Shown here: in pieces, positions 11,541 through 24,589 of the stretch
How positions within the stretch are numbered: the stretch's first letter is position 1
Layout of the letters: every line of letters starts with the position of its first letter
Assembly (NCBI GenBank): GCA_964035545.1
Contig: OZ037770.1
Location: 7,756,973-7,820,972, forward strand
DNA from: Bugula neritina
Lineage: Eukaryota > Animalia > Bryozoa
Reading direction: 5' to 3'
Length of the DNA stretch: 64,000 nucleotides
Made by a program: the position numbers and the translations under genes
The notes under the pieces: generated by a model
The model's database searches: none
What the model saw: only the letters and a program-made list of their open reading frames with translations
What the model was told of the DNA's origin: nothing

Positions 11541-13653
11541 TTCTAGGAGATATTATATTAAACTATAGACAATAGTAATATATGGTGTGACATGGCATAT
11601 CTTGCATATTGTATAGTGTATATGGTACATTGTATAGTAAGATATACGCAATAGTACATATATGTTGTAGCTTGTAGAATATTATACAGTACATTATATT
11701 GTGAATGAACAGAGTACGCAGGCTATACTACAAGAAAGTCTGGTATAACATTATTCTAAAAACTTATAGTCTGAGAAGTAGCAGATTTTGAGGCAGGTGC
11801 TTGCAGGTAGTTGAGGCATAGGAAGTTATCTTATCTCTCACCATGCTCTTTAAACAGGCATTAGATCAGACTTAGAAATAATGGATTGTTTATAGCAGTC
11901 TGGTTTATGTGTGACGTTATAATTACATTGAATGGGCAGCTGTTATACACTCCCATCCCAACAAACATTCTCTACAAAAAGCCCAAGGCTAACATCTACA
12001 GGAACAGGAGGCTATATTAATGGCTATGAATATTCCTCCTATTAGCCACTGAGAGGGGAAAGTCCACCAACTTCTAGGCAAGGAACTATATTCCTCGCAG
12101 TGGAGTTGAGGGCTGCACACTCACTTGTAGCATGCACACTTACTTGTAGCAGAGTATGGAGAACACTGAAGACCGCCAACTAAACTATGTCTACTGGTAC
12201 TTGTGTTTTAGTGTTGAGCACTGAATTGATAGAAGAGCAAGTAGAATTGTTGCATGCCAATTAACATCGAGCTCACATAACTTTGCCACCATTAACAAAC
12301 TATCATCTACAGAATTGTATCAAGTTGAGCGAATCTCTCTTAGAAAATCAGTTACATCCACAACACTAATCATAAGCAGTAATTAATCAGGTGATAAGTT
12401 AGTCAAATAAGTTGAATGGCAGCAACAGCATCTAATAAAACATCTTGTTAAAGCATGCAACTGACTGCTGCTATATATGCTAGGCTCAGCTACTTCCACA
12501 AACTTTCAACAGTTTCAACAAAACATTTTCTTGAAGAAATGTTTCAAGTTTACTCTGTGAACCCCCTAACTTGATCACTGAAACTGCCAACTGATTACAT
12601 AACATCAGCTGAACTAATTTCAGCAGATAACAAAACAATTTAAAACACAATTTCAGCAATGCACACTGAATTATATGCAGAGGAAGTAGGGGGATTGCTC
12701 ATCTGACATGACTCATGTCAGTGGTCAGCATATCTCAGTGCTGCACAAGTAATCCTGCACTCAGCAATTCATACCGGTTGCAGAGAAATGCTGGTACTCC
12801 CACATTATCAACTATAACTATGATAATATTGACATCACTGCCTAGATTGATTACAGTGATAGTCGCAGTGAAGTTGACTACATACACTTAATTTAAACAT
12901 TCAGTCAGTTTAACAACCGCTAGAATTACACCTAACTTTCATTTACATAAAACCACTTTGGCTATCACTAAGAGTAAGATTCAGATTACGTAAGTCAATA
13001 ATAACATTAAGGGTATTAAAGTGATCCAGCATAACTGAATAAAGATAAAAGTAAAACTATTTATATTACGCTGGCATGCTCATACTCTTACTCTTAGTTC
13101 CACCTAGAGTCACACTGAATTACTATTAGTATTAGTGAATAAACTAAAAATTCACTCTTACTCTCACTGAGTTACCGACTGTTCGTATTAATTTTAGAGT
13201 TGGTACTGCTAAGACTCTCGTAGGCACTCTTCTTCAAGGCTACAACTATTTGACATTAAATTCAATCACTCTAGTATAACTACAACTAATGGAAAATTAG
13301 CCTTAGTGAAACTAAAAGCAAAACGTGTTTAGACTTTATTCATTATCAAACCTATAGAATATTACATGTTTACAATAAATTAGATGTAATAATACAATAA
13401 CACAATGCAGAATAAATATACGGAATTGCACAGGTCAGCATGGGTAAATCATGACTCACCGGAATAAGGTTTAAATTTGCCGTAAGCCTCGCTAGTTCTA
13501 CTGCTAGCGCAATAATCATCCAGGCACTGCAAGTACGTGCTAATCGAGGTCGAGCTTGTGTTGGCGCAAGCTAGTAGCGTAATTAGGTCAACAAACGCAG
13601 GGGGTGATGGCTGCTAATGAAATGACTAGAGCTAGCTGCCAACAATCGCAGTA

Positions 13654-14941
13654 GGGGTAAAGGGGGGGGGGGGGGGGGGGGTTGAGGCACAATAGGCTGA
13701 ATTTTGAATTCTTTTGCTCTCATTCGTCTGTTTTTCAGGTTACTAGTTCAATAATCTCTAGTCTAAATGCTACACCAGTTTTTCATTATAGGTATCAGTT
13801 TTTTGTTTTTATCTCTTTCACAACCTTCAGAATAACAAAAACTGGTCCATTATGCCCGGTACCAGGTTACAATGGGCCACTGGGTGGGACACAACAAATA
13901 TATTGAAACTTTGCTGATTTGGTTGCATCTGATTTTTATTCATTTAATATACCCAAGTAAATAAAAATACTCTTTCAGATTTACAGCAAAAACCATGTTT
14001 TAACAGTACAATTTGTGCCACCACAGAGAGCAGGGGGAGGCAAAATCAACCGCACATCACTCATTTCTATGGTGCCATTATTATTACCGTGTAGAACTAA
14101 AAATGTTTCTTCTATTCCCACTTCACAGGAACTTTCATCAGAAAAAAAACTTTAGTGGCATGTGCTACAAAATTCCGGGTGGACTTTTCCATGAACTGTA
14201 GCTAAGGTGGCTGAGGTTTGTGGCTGGAGTGTGCATGGAAGGAGGGGGGAGGAAATGAGCAGATCAAAATTTATTTTAGTCAAATACATGTATAATCCCT
14301 CAATTATATAATATAGAATGAAATTCATAACTGCCCATTAGTAGCAACAGCAGAGCGTTGCGTATGATGTATAAAATGGCAAAGCTATAACCTCACCAGA
14401 TGCATATGTTGGGACAGCTTAACCTTGCATGTAGCTTGGGAGTCTTACCGTGATGTCTTGGCTATTTTACAAAAAGAAGTTCAGAAACGGCCATATCTAT
14501 AGATTTTATTAACAATTCAACTAACTTTTTGGGCAAAAAAACTAATAACAGTGATCAGGGTGCAATGATCAGCTGGCCCATTGTGCCCAGGTGGCCAAAT
14601 TTATTTTAGAGTTTGCTGTTATACTAGTTAAGCAACGTAGAGACAAGCAATGACAACAATATCAGTAAAAACTAGGCTTTTTACCTTTAAGTGTAAAAAG
14701 TTATGAAGCTTCAACAACATATTGAAACATTTACAAAAAATGGAAAAAACAGTTTTTGACTCGCCTCTTCAGCATGTATGCTCCACAAGTGTTGAAACTA
14801 CAATGGCTGAATAATTCTGTCATTATCTTTTTATTAAAAAAATCACAACTCTAAGTCAATAATTTCTCTCATAATTTGACCGACTTTTTGTACCCCTGTG
14901 ACCGTTGTGCTCCCCCCCCCCCCCCCCCCCCCCGTTACCCT
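13654..14941. mobile_element. Non-autonomous TIR element with TA flanks (Tc1/mariner-pogo-like), ~1.3 kb
   Basis: TA|GGGGTAAA(G)20... on the left and ...(C)22GTTACCCT|TA on the right form inverted termini; internal TGTGCC/GGCAC-type motifs recur. Confidence 0.6.
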
Positions 14942-15236
14942 TACAGAAAATTGGTATATTTTCCTTCATGATAAAATAATCTGGTGAATAGAGCATACAG
15001 AGCCCCACAAAACTCCACACCATTCTCCCAATCACCAGTTCTGCTTGAAGGGGTTGGTGCGCTGGAATGATTGTGTTGAAAGATATTGACTGTAGCTTCA
15101 ACTGTTAAATGCATAACAACATTTTGCACTTTTTATTTTGCGTAGAAATATGCAAGCTTGTATATTTGGGATATAAGATTTATGTTACTACTTGTTATAC
15201 ACTATTTTATAGCAGTGTACATGAATACCCTTAGGG

Positions 15237-15517
15237 CAGGGCTGTCTAACAGGCGGTCCCAAGGATATGGCCTCCAGTCTACATTTATGTGGCCCTCAAA
15301 GGCATAAAAATAAAAATCGTTTTGCACATGGATTAAATGGGGAAAACTACATTGAAAAACATGCAGCCTGCTTTAATCATTGGGACTTCATTGTGTAATG
15401 ATTCATAAGAATTTGGAATTTGAACAATGCTGATGCTGTGGCCCAAGCTAAATTTACAATACAGCCTCACCATAAAATATTCCATTTCAGTGGCTCTGAA
15501 AAGGTTGGACACCCCTG
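15237..15517 (+). mobile_element. MITE family A, full-length (~280 bp)
   Basis: Imperfect TIRs CAGGGCTGTCTAAC / GTTGGACACCCCTG. Both flanks are NNNTANNN but not identical. Confidence 0.82.
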
Positions 15518-16563
15518 TTTTAAACTGTTGTAGCTTTAGCAGGGTACCTCAATCTGATACTGGCTAGCATATCAAGTCCAATCAAATAACAGCCCTGCAT
15601 TCATTTTTAAATACTGGTTTTACAAGAAACTGGCTCCTCCTTTAACTACTCACCATGACTATCTGCCATATCTTATTTACCATACAGGGTGTTCACCTAC
15701 AGTTTACATATATCAACCTGTAGGCAAACAACTGATAACCTTGTTTAGCTACAGCTGATTGTGTCAGACAGTAAGCTGGGAGTTGATGGCCACTGAAGGT
15801 GCTACATTTACTCTCTACAGTTAGCAGTGGAAAGTAAGGGGAGTGGTTAGCAGATAGTGCAGAGTTAAGGTAAGTGAGATCTCAAACTGTATTAAAAGTA
15901 ACTACTTTTCAATTCAACATAAACCTGCTTTTCTAAGTATTGCTATCTCAATATAATGCCTGACTTTGCTTAGAGCTTCATAAAATTGTGTTAAAGTTCA
16001 CGGACCGGCCAAAGCTTTAGAAAGTTAACTGCTACGTCTCATGCTATCTCAACTAGTGCTTAAAGCTTTATAGCTTTATTGCTATGCTACACTAAACCTT
16101 GCTATGCTACACTGGCTGTTGCTATGCTATACCAGCCTTTTGCTATTCTACATTAGCATTTGCTATGCTATATCAGCTTTGAGTATACATAGGGACATTT
16201 TGCATATATGGTGGTGCACGCAGTTGGTAGGCCATAATAACAAAAATTTATATCTACTATATGTCTGTGTGCACTATTTATTCAAGAATGTGCAGTTCCA
16301 GCTTAGAACAGTTGGGATTTTCACTGCATCTATTCAAGTAATTTCAAGACAGAAAGGAAGTAACACTAGTTAACCAGTATTTTCAATTTAATCAGTTACG
16401 CATGTTGTTATATAAGAATATTGACTAAAAGTTAGCTTATTGTCATCGAAAAATACTTTTTTATCAGAAACTTTTATAACGTCTTTGTAACTATTTGGTT
16501 TCTGAGATGACATAAAGTGACTGTGTATATTGTTCTGCGTAGCTGATATAACTTCCTGATAAT

Positions 16564-18523
16564 ATGGCAACCAGTCAAAATATTACCGACTCCACAGTGC
16601 TGAATACAGAGATACCTTCCACACCAAAGATAACTGTCACCAACGCACATGTTTTCAACAGTGATGAGTTCTGGTCCCTAGGATGTAAGTCTACAATGTT
16701 CTGATTTATTCCATTAACCTGTCTTTGGTGGTAATTTGTTTTCATAAAATTAGAAATAAATTTACCCCGAATTAATATTTATAAATGCACGCACGCACAC
16801 AAACATGTGTGAAATCAAGAACAAAAGTTCAATATCTACTTTCATTACATTATGCATGTTTTAAATTTACTGAAGATTGAATGAAAATCACCTTTTTATT
16901 TTCCTTTGTATATATATAAATGTCAATAAATAAAATTTGTTTGTTTGATTTGGATATTCTTTGCAGTTCCAAAAGTAAAAGCAGCCAAAACACATGATTT
17001 ATGACATATAGTAGATACATGTCTCAACTATATGGGACTCCACTGACACGCCATCTCAACTGAATCACTAAATCATGAAATATGTTTGCAGCTATATTGG
17101 GGATAAGCTTTGGGTCTGCAGCATTCTTCCTCATTGTGTTTGGACTAGTCTACTTTGCTTGCTTTAAAAGGAAACCATCCAGGTAGGCTATGTTTAGACT
17201 GTATGCTATACTTCTTGACCGTAAAACTTTTTGTCAATCTTCTTACATCATGACACTTACTTTAGCAAAAAGTATAAAATATACTGGAGCAGTACTTACT
17301 CTTATTCACATAACAGTACATACTCTTATACACATAACAGTACTTACTCTTATTCACATAGCAATACTTACTCTTATACACATAACAGTACTTACTCTTA
17401 TTCATATAACAGTAGTTATTTGCTTAGTTATTTACAGCAAGTGTTTCCCAACATGATTTGTAAATATGTTTTTCAAACTTTTAAACAAGCTGCCAACAGC
17501 AATGTTATCATTATACCATACATAAAACCTGGAGAATTTCATTAAGAAAGCTGGTCTAGAAAACCTTTGAATTGAACTTTGGCTCATGTAACATCCTTTG
17601 AAGTTCTTTGCTGTTTATGATGTTATCTACAGCGTTCACTATTTTGCAAATGAAACCAATTACTGCATATACAGTATAATTATAATGTAGCCAACTTATT
17701 TTAAAGTATAAATATAATTTCAGTGTTTTCAATGAGTGATATAAATAATTATGCATTTTAGTTACATATATTAGTTTGCTAAACATATTGTATTATATAT
17801 AAAAGGATTAAGGTTTGCAGAGTGTGCATATTATTTATATCTTAATATTTTTATTATAAATATAAACCGTGTCTTACAGTAGGCCTATTCAAAGGTAGCT
17901 CCTGGTTACTTTAAAAATAGAGATTAGAAGAAGTGGGTAACTTTAACAGCTTATTATCCATGTAATACATGCATGAATAATTCTATGTATTTTATAACCA
18001 TACATGCAACATATTACATAGATGTAATATTCTATTAAACTCTAGTGCAAAAAATGAAAACTTGAAAGAAGCTGAGCCAGGAAATTCGAGCAGTCAATAT
18101 ATAATCTACAAGGGAGGGTCAGAGAGGATGTCCCGCAGTAACGCAGCTGCCTACAGCGACTCAGCTACACGCAGTCTGCCATCTTATAGACTGGGGATGA
18201 GTCACACTCACTCTCCTCAAGAGAAAGGCGAGGCTTATGGGTACAGCAGCAGACCTCGGTTATTGAACCGGAGTTCTGAACCTTACATGTTCAACAGATC
18301 AATCAGAGGAGAGGCTTATGACCCGAGAGACAGTGCTGCAGATAGCAATAGCAAAATATCATGGATTCCCCTTAAACAGGAATTTTCAAGAAATAATGGA
18401 GGACTGGATAGGAGGGACCCATTACTACCTCCCCCAGATTACCAAAATATGAGTGTCTCAATGCCTCGAGCTAACATGGCCGAGTTTCGTACTAATCAAC
18501 AGGTGCCACTCGTTGACTACTAA
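16564..18523 (+). CDS. Uncharacterised single-pass type III membrane protein, ~229 aa, with a Tyr-rich cytoplasmic tail
   Basis: Exons 16564-16684, 17092-17182 and 18046-18523 (690 nt, phases 1 and 2 consistent). An in-frame TAA at 16549-16551 precedes the ATG. One hydrophobic segment (ILGISFGSAAFFLIVFGLVYFAC) is followed by a basic stop-transfer (KRK). The last exon matches track ORF 18062..18523. Confidence 0.75.
17289..17415. repeat. 24-bp minisatellite (CAGTACTTACTCTTATTCACATAA), ~5 copies, intronic
   Basis: Visible tandem period inside intron 17183-18045. Confidence 0.9.
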
Positions 18524-19209
18524 AAGCGCTCCAAGGACACATTAATGTCAAGTTGTTCTGTAACACGAAATGTGAGAGATACAATTATATATATTGAATT
18601 CATATACAGGTGTAACTTCATGCAGTTGTACAAAGCTGGTAACTTATGCCACACAAAAACAATATATATTATTATGTTGCCACTTTATAGTATCGAATGT
18701 ATATATCTAATGTATATATTAGAGAAATAAGTATAATGCAATAATATTGCAACATTGTGCTGTAATATCCGGTGACATGCAAGTATTTCTGTAATTGCTC
18801 AATAGAAATTGATTTGGACAGGTTAAGGTAAATACCAGGTTAAATGAATATAATATTAGTTATTATTTATATAGTAACCAAAGTTTTAAAAAAAATCACT
18901 ATGGAAAATAAATAAAATAAAAAAAAGGTGATGATTGAAACAAAAAACAGGCAGCAAAAATAATAGACTTCATAGCTATACAGAGAGGTGCACATGGCTT
19001 ACTCTGTATTAATGTATCCATATGTGACTCTTGGAAATTGTATAACAAAATATGAATCTGCCTTTCAACACATATAATGTAATATATTACAATATAATAT
19101 ATTATAATGTAATATAGTATATTACATTATAATACATTATAGTTTTATGAAAATAAAATTTATTACCGTATGCATAAATATAAACAAATAAAATGTTTAT
19201 CGATAAAGT

Positions 19210-22200
19210 TTAATCTTTTTTCTTGAATAATCGCTTTACAGTTTTCCACCCAATTATTTTTTTCCAGCCGGACTTATTTTCCCAATCTCCTTTGCCTTTC
19301 TTCACTGCTTTTTGTTCTGCAGATAATAATTGACTTCGCAAGGAAGCTAAAAATTATAAATTAATGTTACGTGGGTGATATAGTAGTATAGTATAGTAGG
19401 TGATATACTGGTATAGTATAGTAGGTAATATACTGGTATAGTATAGTAGGTGATATACTGGTATAGTATAGTAGGTGATATACTGGTATAGTATAGTAGG
19501 TGATATACTGGTATAGTATTGTAGGTGATATACTGGTATAGTATAGTAGGTGATATACTAGTATAGTAGGTGATATACTGGTATAGTATAGTAGGTGATA
19601 TACTGGTATAGTATAGTAGATGATATACTGGTATAGTATAGTAGGTGATATACTGGTATAGTATTGTAGGTGATATACTGGTATAGTATAGTAGGTAATA
19701 TACTGGTATAGTATAGTAGGTGATATACTGGTATAGTATAGTAGGTGATATACTGGTATAGTATAGTAGGTGATATACTAGTATAGTAGGTGATATACTG
19801 GTATAGTATAGTAGGTGATATATTAGTATAGTATAGTAGGTAATATACTGGTATAGTATAGTAAATGATATACTGGTATAGTATAGTAGGTAATATACTG
19901 GTATAGTATAGTAAATGATATACTGGTATAGTATAGTAGGTGATATACTGGTATAGTATAGTAGGTGATATACTAGTATAGTATAGTAGGTGATATACTA
20001 GTATAGTAGGTGATATACTAGTATAGTAGGTGATATACTAGTATAGTAGGTGATATATTAGTATAGTATAGTAGGTGATATATTAGTATAGTATAGTAGG
20101 TGATATACTGGTATAGTATAGTATGTAATATACTGGTATAGTATAGTAGGTGATATACTGGTATAGTATAGTACGTAATATACTGGTATAGTATACTAGG
20201 TGATATATATTAGTATAGTATAGTAGGCGATATCCTATCAGAGGTGACATAAGAGATGCTGTTATCAAAGCACTGTTTACACGTAACACAAGTAGTTACA
20301 GATAACGTCTCTATGCCCACCGTATATTTGAGATGTTGGTTCCTCATCATATCTGTCCAGCACTTTCCCAAAGCCCTTCTGTACTAGCAAGTGATTGACG
20401 TTAGTTCTCACCGGATACTTCTATATAACAAAGAAACAGACATGGTACCACAACTACCACCACTTTAATAGTGAAACCTAATATGAATACTAATGCGCAT
20501 AAAACATGAGGTAAAAATCGACAGTGGAAGATTAGATACAATTTCAGGATCTTATTTGAATTGAACAATAAAATTATGACACCATCGCAGTCTGCACCAC
20601 ATCAACTAACTGAATTAACCTTGACCTTTAGGTAGTGGAGACTAAGAGTAACTAGCTGAATTAACCTTGACCTTCAGGTAGTGCAGAAGTAAGACAACAA
20701 AGAAAGACTTTACACACATAACAAACTTTACTTATGTGTAATACCTTTATTCTGCAGGTAATGATTGCAGGTATGAAGTTATTTTCTGGTGACTCGAGTA
20801 GTTTGAACCAAATATTTCTGTTAACAATGTTAATATCTATCCAGTTCTCCCCTGACTTAGTGAGCTGTACTCCCGCTATTGACACTTTAAGCAGATCCTC
20901 GTTGCTTTTTCCTATGGTGAAAGTTTGACACACAGTTATATACAGAATTGACGATGTTATATTATACAGTTTAGCTTTTGTATTATACAGTGCAGTTGTA
21001 TTATACAGTGCAGCTGGGTATATTACACAGTCTAGCTGGGTATATTATACAGTGTAGTTGGTGTATTATACAGTATAGTAGGTGTATTACACAGTATAGT
21101 AGGTGTATTACACAGTATAGAAGGTGCATTATACAGAATAGTAGGTGTATTATACAGTATAGTAGGTACATTATACAGTATAGTTAGTGTATTATACAGT
21201 ATAGTAGGTGTATTATACAATATAATAGGTGTATTATACAGAGTAGTTGGTGTATTATACAGTATAATAGGTGTATTATATAGTGCTGTGATTCTAAACC
21301 ACAGAATTTCAGATAGAATGATTGCAAGACAGAATAGGTGTTGAGAGATGTTCGTCTTAAAGATGATTATATAATATTGTTATTGAATATATGAATCCGG
21401 AGATAATTGTTACAGTCGTCCTGACTGACGGTGAATCATTCACTAAAAACTTCTCAAAATTATCCCAGAGTTCCAATATTGGGTTATCTAGGAATGGGCC
21501 AATGAAATAGTTGGAATATACACTAATAGGTTGGTGTGAGTACATAATGTAACCAACATACAAGTGTAATCAAGTTTACATGGTTTACCTATTTACGCCC
21601 TAGAAATTAGTAAAATATGCTAAAATTACAAGTACAAAAATTACAACACAAATAAAGTTGGATAAATTACTAAGTGTACATGTGTACATATAATATGTAG
21701 AGAGGAAACAACTACTGTATTTACTTTATCTTCTTAAATTACAGCTATTTTCAACACCTAATACTGTCATATAGGTCTTACCTTTATGTGACCTTGTAAA
21801 TAGACTGACAAAACGTGAAGGTAGAGGAGGGATATGGCTGACTGAAAGGACATTCGTGTCTTTATCTCTGTGTCGCACAGTTCCTAGCAGTTTAACATTC
21901 TGTTGGTAGAACCTGGGAGGGATATCACTGGAGCTAGTGAACCTGTGGTGCTGTAACACAACCACTTAGAAAATCTTTCTTACTTGTGCTCAATAACATA
22001 CAATAATCTACAGCGCTACAGGATTCAATATTGTCTAACACTCTTGTCTACGCGGCTCTAACTTGAAACATCCCATTGGGTTATTTCAAGAACAAACATT
22101 GCTCTCAAGCTACAAGCATTCACTTGAACATGGTATGACTGCAAACTATGAGTCAACATTTAGTCAATGTATTGGAGCATATAACACGATTTCAGGTAAA

Positions 22201-23261
22201 GATGGCACAGGTAAAATGACACAAGTGAAAAGTAGGTAAAAATGGCATACTGATGTTAAATTATTGCAACCCACCAAACCTCAAACCCCCATCCCCAAAC
22301 CTAAACCCCCATTTCAAACCCCAAACCCTAATGTTGAAAATGTGCCATCTTCACTTACTTTGCCATTTGTGTCATTATTACCTGTGCCATTATTATTGGT
22401 CCCATTTTTACCAGACACCTATGACATTATGTCAGATCACATGACAACGTGTCAGATCACATGACAACGTGTCAGATCACATGACAACGTGTCAGATCAC
22501 ATGACAAGGTGTCAGATCACATGACAATGTGTCAGATCACATGACAAGGTGTCAGATCACATGACAAGGTGTCAGATCACATGACAATGTGTCAGATCAC
22601 ATGACAAGGTGTCAGACCACATGACAAGGTGTCAGATCATATGACAAGGTGTCAGATCACATGACAATGTGTCAGATCACATGACAATGTGTCAGATCAC
22701 ATGACAATGTGTCAGATCACATGACAATGTGTCAGATTATATGACCAGGTGATACAAGTAACACTTACTAATCTTAAGTGCCTTCCAACACCAATGAGAA
22801 CGACTGCACCAGCTACATAAACACTTCTCTAAAACAAACATAGAAACACAACTCCTGTATATAAGCACTCATAATATTGTCTACCAGCTAATTTCTTGTT
22901 TTTGTGAGATTAATATTACAATACTTAGACATGAAACATTCTTCGTACTGCCAATCAACTAACATATATTTTTACAAAATTCTAACAAAAATTAGTATTT
23001 TATCTTATAGGAGAAAAGAGTAACCACACCACAGCTAGGTGCACTAAATAGAGAAAAATCCTTAACAATTGTGAGCCTTCCACTTTAATTTACACATCAT
23101 GAGTATAAAACATTAGGTGACTAAAAATAAAACAAGTGTGCATTAGAGAAAATCTAGCTAGGTACCTGTATAAGCTGCAAATTCTGATCCACAAAGTTAC
23201 TAAATCTGGAAAGAAAATCTGTATTTGTAGCTGTATTATTACTTTCACTGTCTTCTGGCAT
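19210..23261 (-). CDS. C3orf33: C3orf33 orthologue (staphylococcal-nuclease-like fold, N-terminal hydrophobic anchor), ~242 aa
   Basis: Exons 23166-23261, 22769-22828, 21782-21950, 20745-20911, 20321-20420, 19210-19346 (729 nt). Motifs RFTSSSDIPPRFYQQNVKLLG, VSIAGVQL..SGENW, IWFKLL, NVNHLLVQKGFGKV and LLSAEQKAVKKGKGDW match my recollection of vertebrate C3orf33 (KFTSSSDIP..F...NVKL.G; LL.AE..A.KKG.G.W). Confidence 0.88.
19373..20232. repeat. 25-bp (with 20-bp variants) minisatellite GGTGATATACTGGTATAGTATAGTA; fills most of C3orf33 intron 19347-20320
   Basis: Visible tandem period. Confidence 0.97.
20957..21285. repeat. 21-bp minisatellite (TATTATACAGTATAGTAGGTG) in a C3orf33 intron
   Basis: Visible tandem period, degenerate at the left end. 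Confidence 0.92.
22187..22419 (-). mobile_element. MITE family B copy in a C3orf33 intron
   Basis: The reverse complement aligns end to end with 10833-11024; the flanking duplication TATAACA/TATGACA is degenerate. Confidence 0.78.
22421..22752. repeat. 20-bp minisatellite (ATGACAAGGTGTCAGATCAC), ~16 copies, in a C3orf33 intron
   Basis: Visible period. It starts immediately after a MITE and ends ~15 bp from the donor at 22767-22768. Confidence 0.97.
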
Positions 23262-23477
23262 TTTCTTTTTTAAAATACGCAGCTCTACAAATAAATTCAA
23301 AAATTCAAATTCAAATTATAACTTTTTCAAGCTGACACAAAAAATTTTTTTTACATAATGTTAAATTGGCACACTTGAAAATTTAAAAAGAAATAATTGC
23401 ACAATAATGCTAGACCTTACGTCATATACAAAATATTATAATAGAAAAAAGGCTTAGCATATTAATACGAGTGTATA

Positions 23478-23675
23478 CAGTGGTAGTAATAGCAGCAGTA
23501 GTAGCAGCAGCAGCAGTAGTAGAAGTAGCAGCAGCAGTAACAGTAGTAGTAGCAGTATCAGTAGTAACAGCAGTAGTAGTAGTAGTAGTAGCAGTAGTAG
23601 TAGCAGTAGTAGCAGCAGCAGTAGTAGTAGTAGTAGTAGCAGTAATAGTAGTAGCAGCAGTAACAGTAGTGATAG
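23478..23675. repeat. (GTA/GCA)n microsatellite
   Basis: Trinucleotide run. Confidence 0.93.
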
Positions 23676-24589
23676 TCACAGAAATAAGAATAATATTTTA
23701 TGTTTTACTTTAAAAATATCGGATATTAGAGGTTGTTATAACTTTTTAATTCCAATGCCTACACAGATTTTACTGAATTAGGTTGTGAATAAGTTTTGCT
23801 GCAAGTATCTGTGGCAATGAACTTAGCCAATAACAAGTTTTGATTGAAAGTTATAAAATAAAAGCACTAGTGCTGAAATTGCGAGGACACGCTGATGCTG
23901 TGTTAGCAAAAACACTTACTTTCAAATTTAATTAGTGACAATTATAACGGCAACAATAAATACACAAGCAAATGTAAAAAAGACAAATATCTTAAATGCT
24001 GAGATGTCAACCAAGACAAGAATTTTATCGAATAGAACAAAATCTAAATTTCAATTGTGCGTAACATTTCTTTAAATATTATTAGAAAGCTTGATACTTT
24101 TGAGTTTATCTAACAAAATAGATGAGCATAAGAAACTATATTATTCTGCAATATCCATGGGTGAAATCAAGTAGCCTATTCTACAAATAGATAATATAAA
24201 GTTAAATGTTATTTTGATAATTGTTTTATGACTATGTAAAATTAGATAATATAGGCTAGTTACTAATCTAAAAAAACCTTAATATGAAACTAATGAAGAG
24301 AAGAAGTATCAATGGTGGGAGAAAAAATCGAAGGCAGCTAATAGAAAAACATAAAGACATTCTACAACTGCCTTAGAGAGGTGTGCAAGCCACAAAATAG
24401 AGGCATCGCCCAATTGTTTAATTAAGATGACAAAACAGTCTTGACAGCAAAAGCTGTTACCCTAACAAGGTTTGCACAGCATTTCGATCAGCTGCTAAAT
24501 GCGCCAATAGTCGAAGATCAATGAATTTTTTGCTACTGCCACACACCCTTTTTCACACATAATCTTTCTCTGATCTTATTGCTTGCCAG

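Noticed and set aside
16967-17005. Alternative acceptor TTCTTTGCAG in intron 1 of the adaptor-like gene
   Set aside because: It reaches a stop after about 12 codons and removes the TM; there is no support without transcripts.
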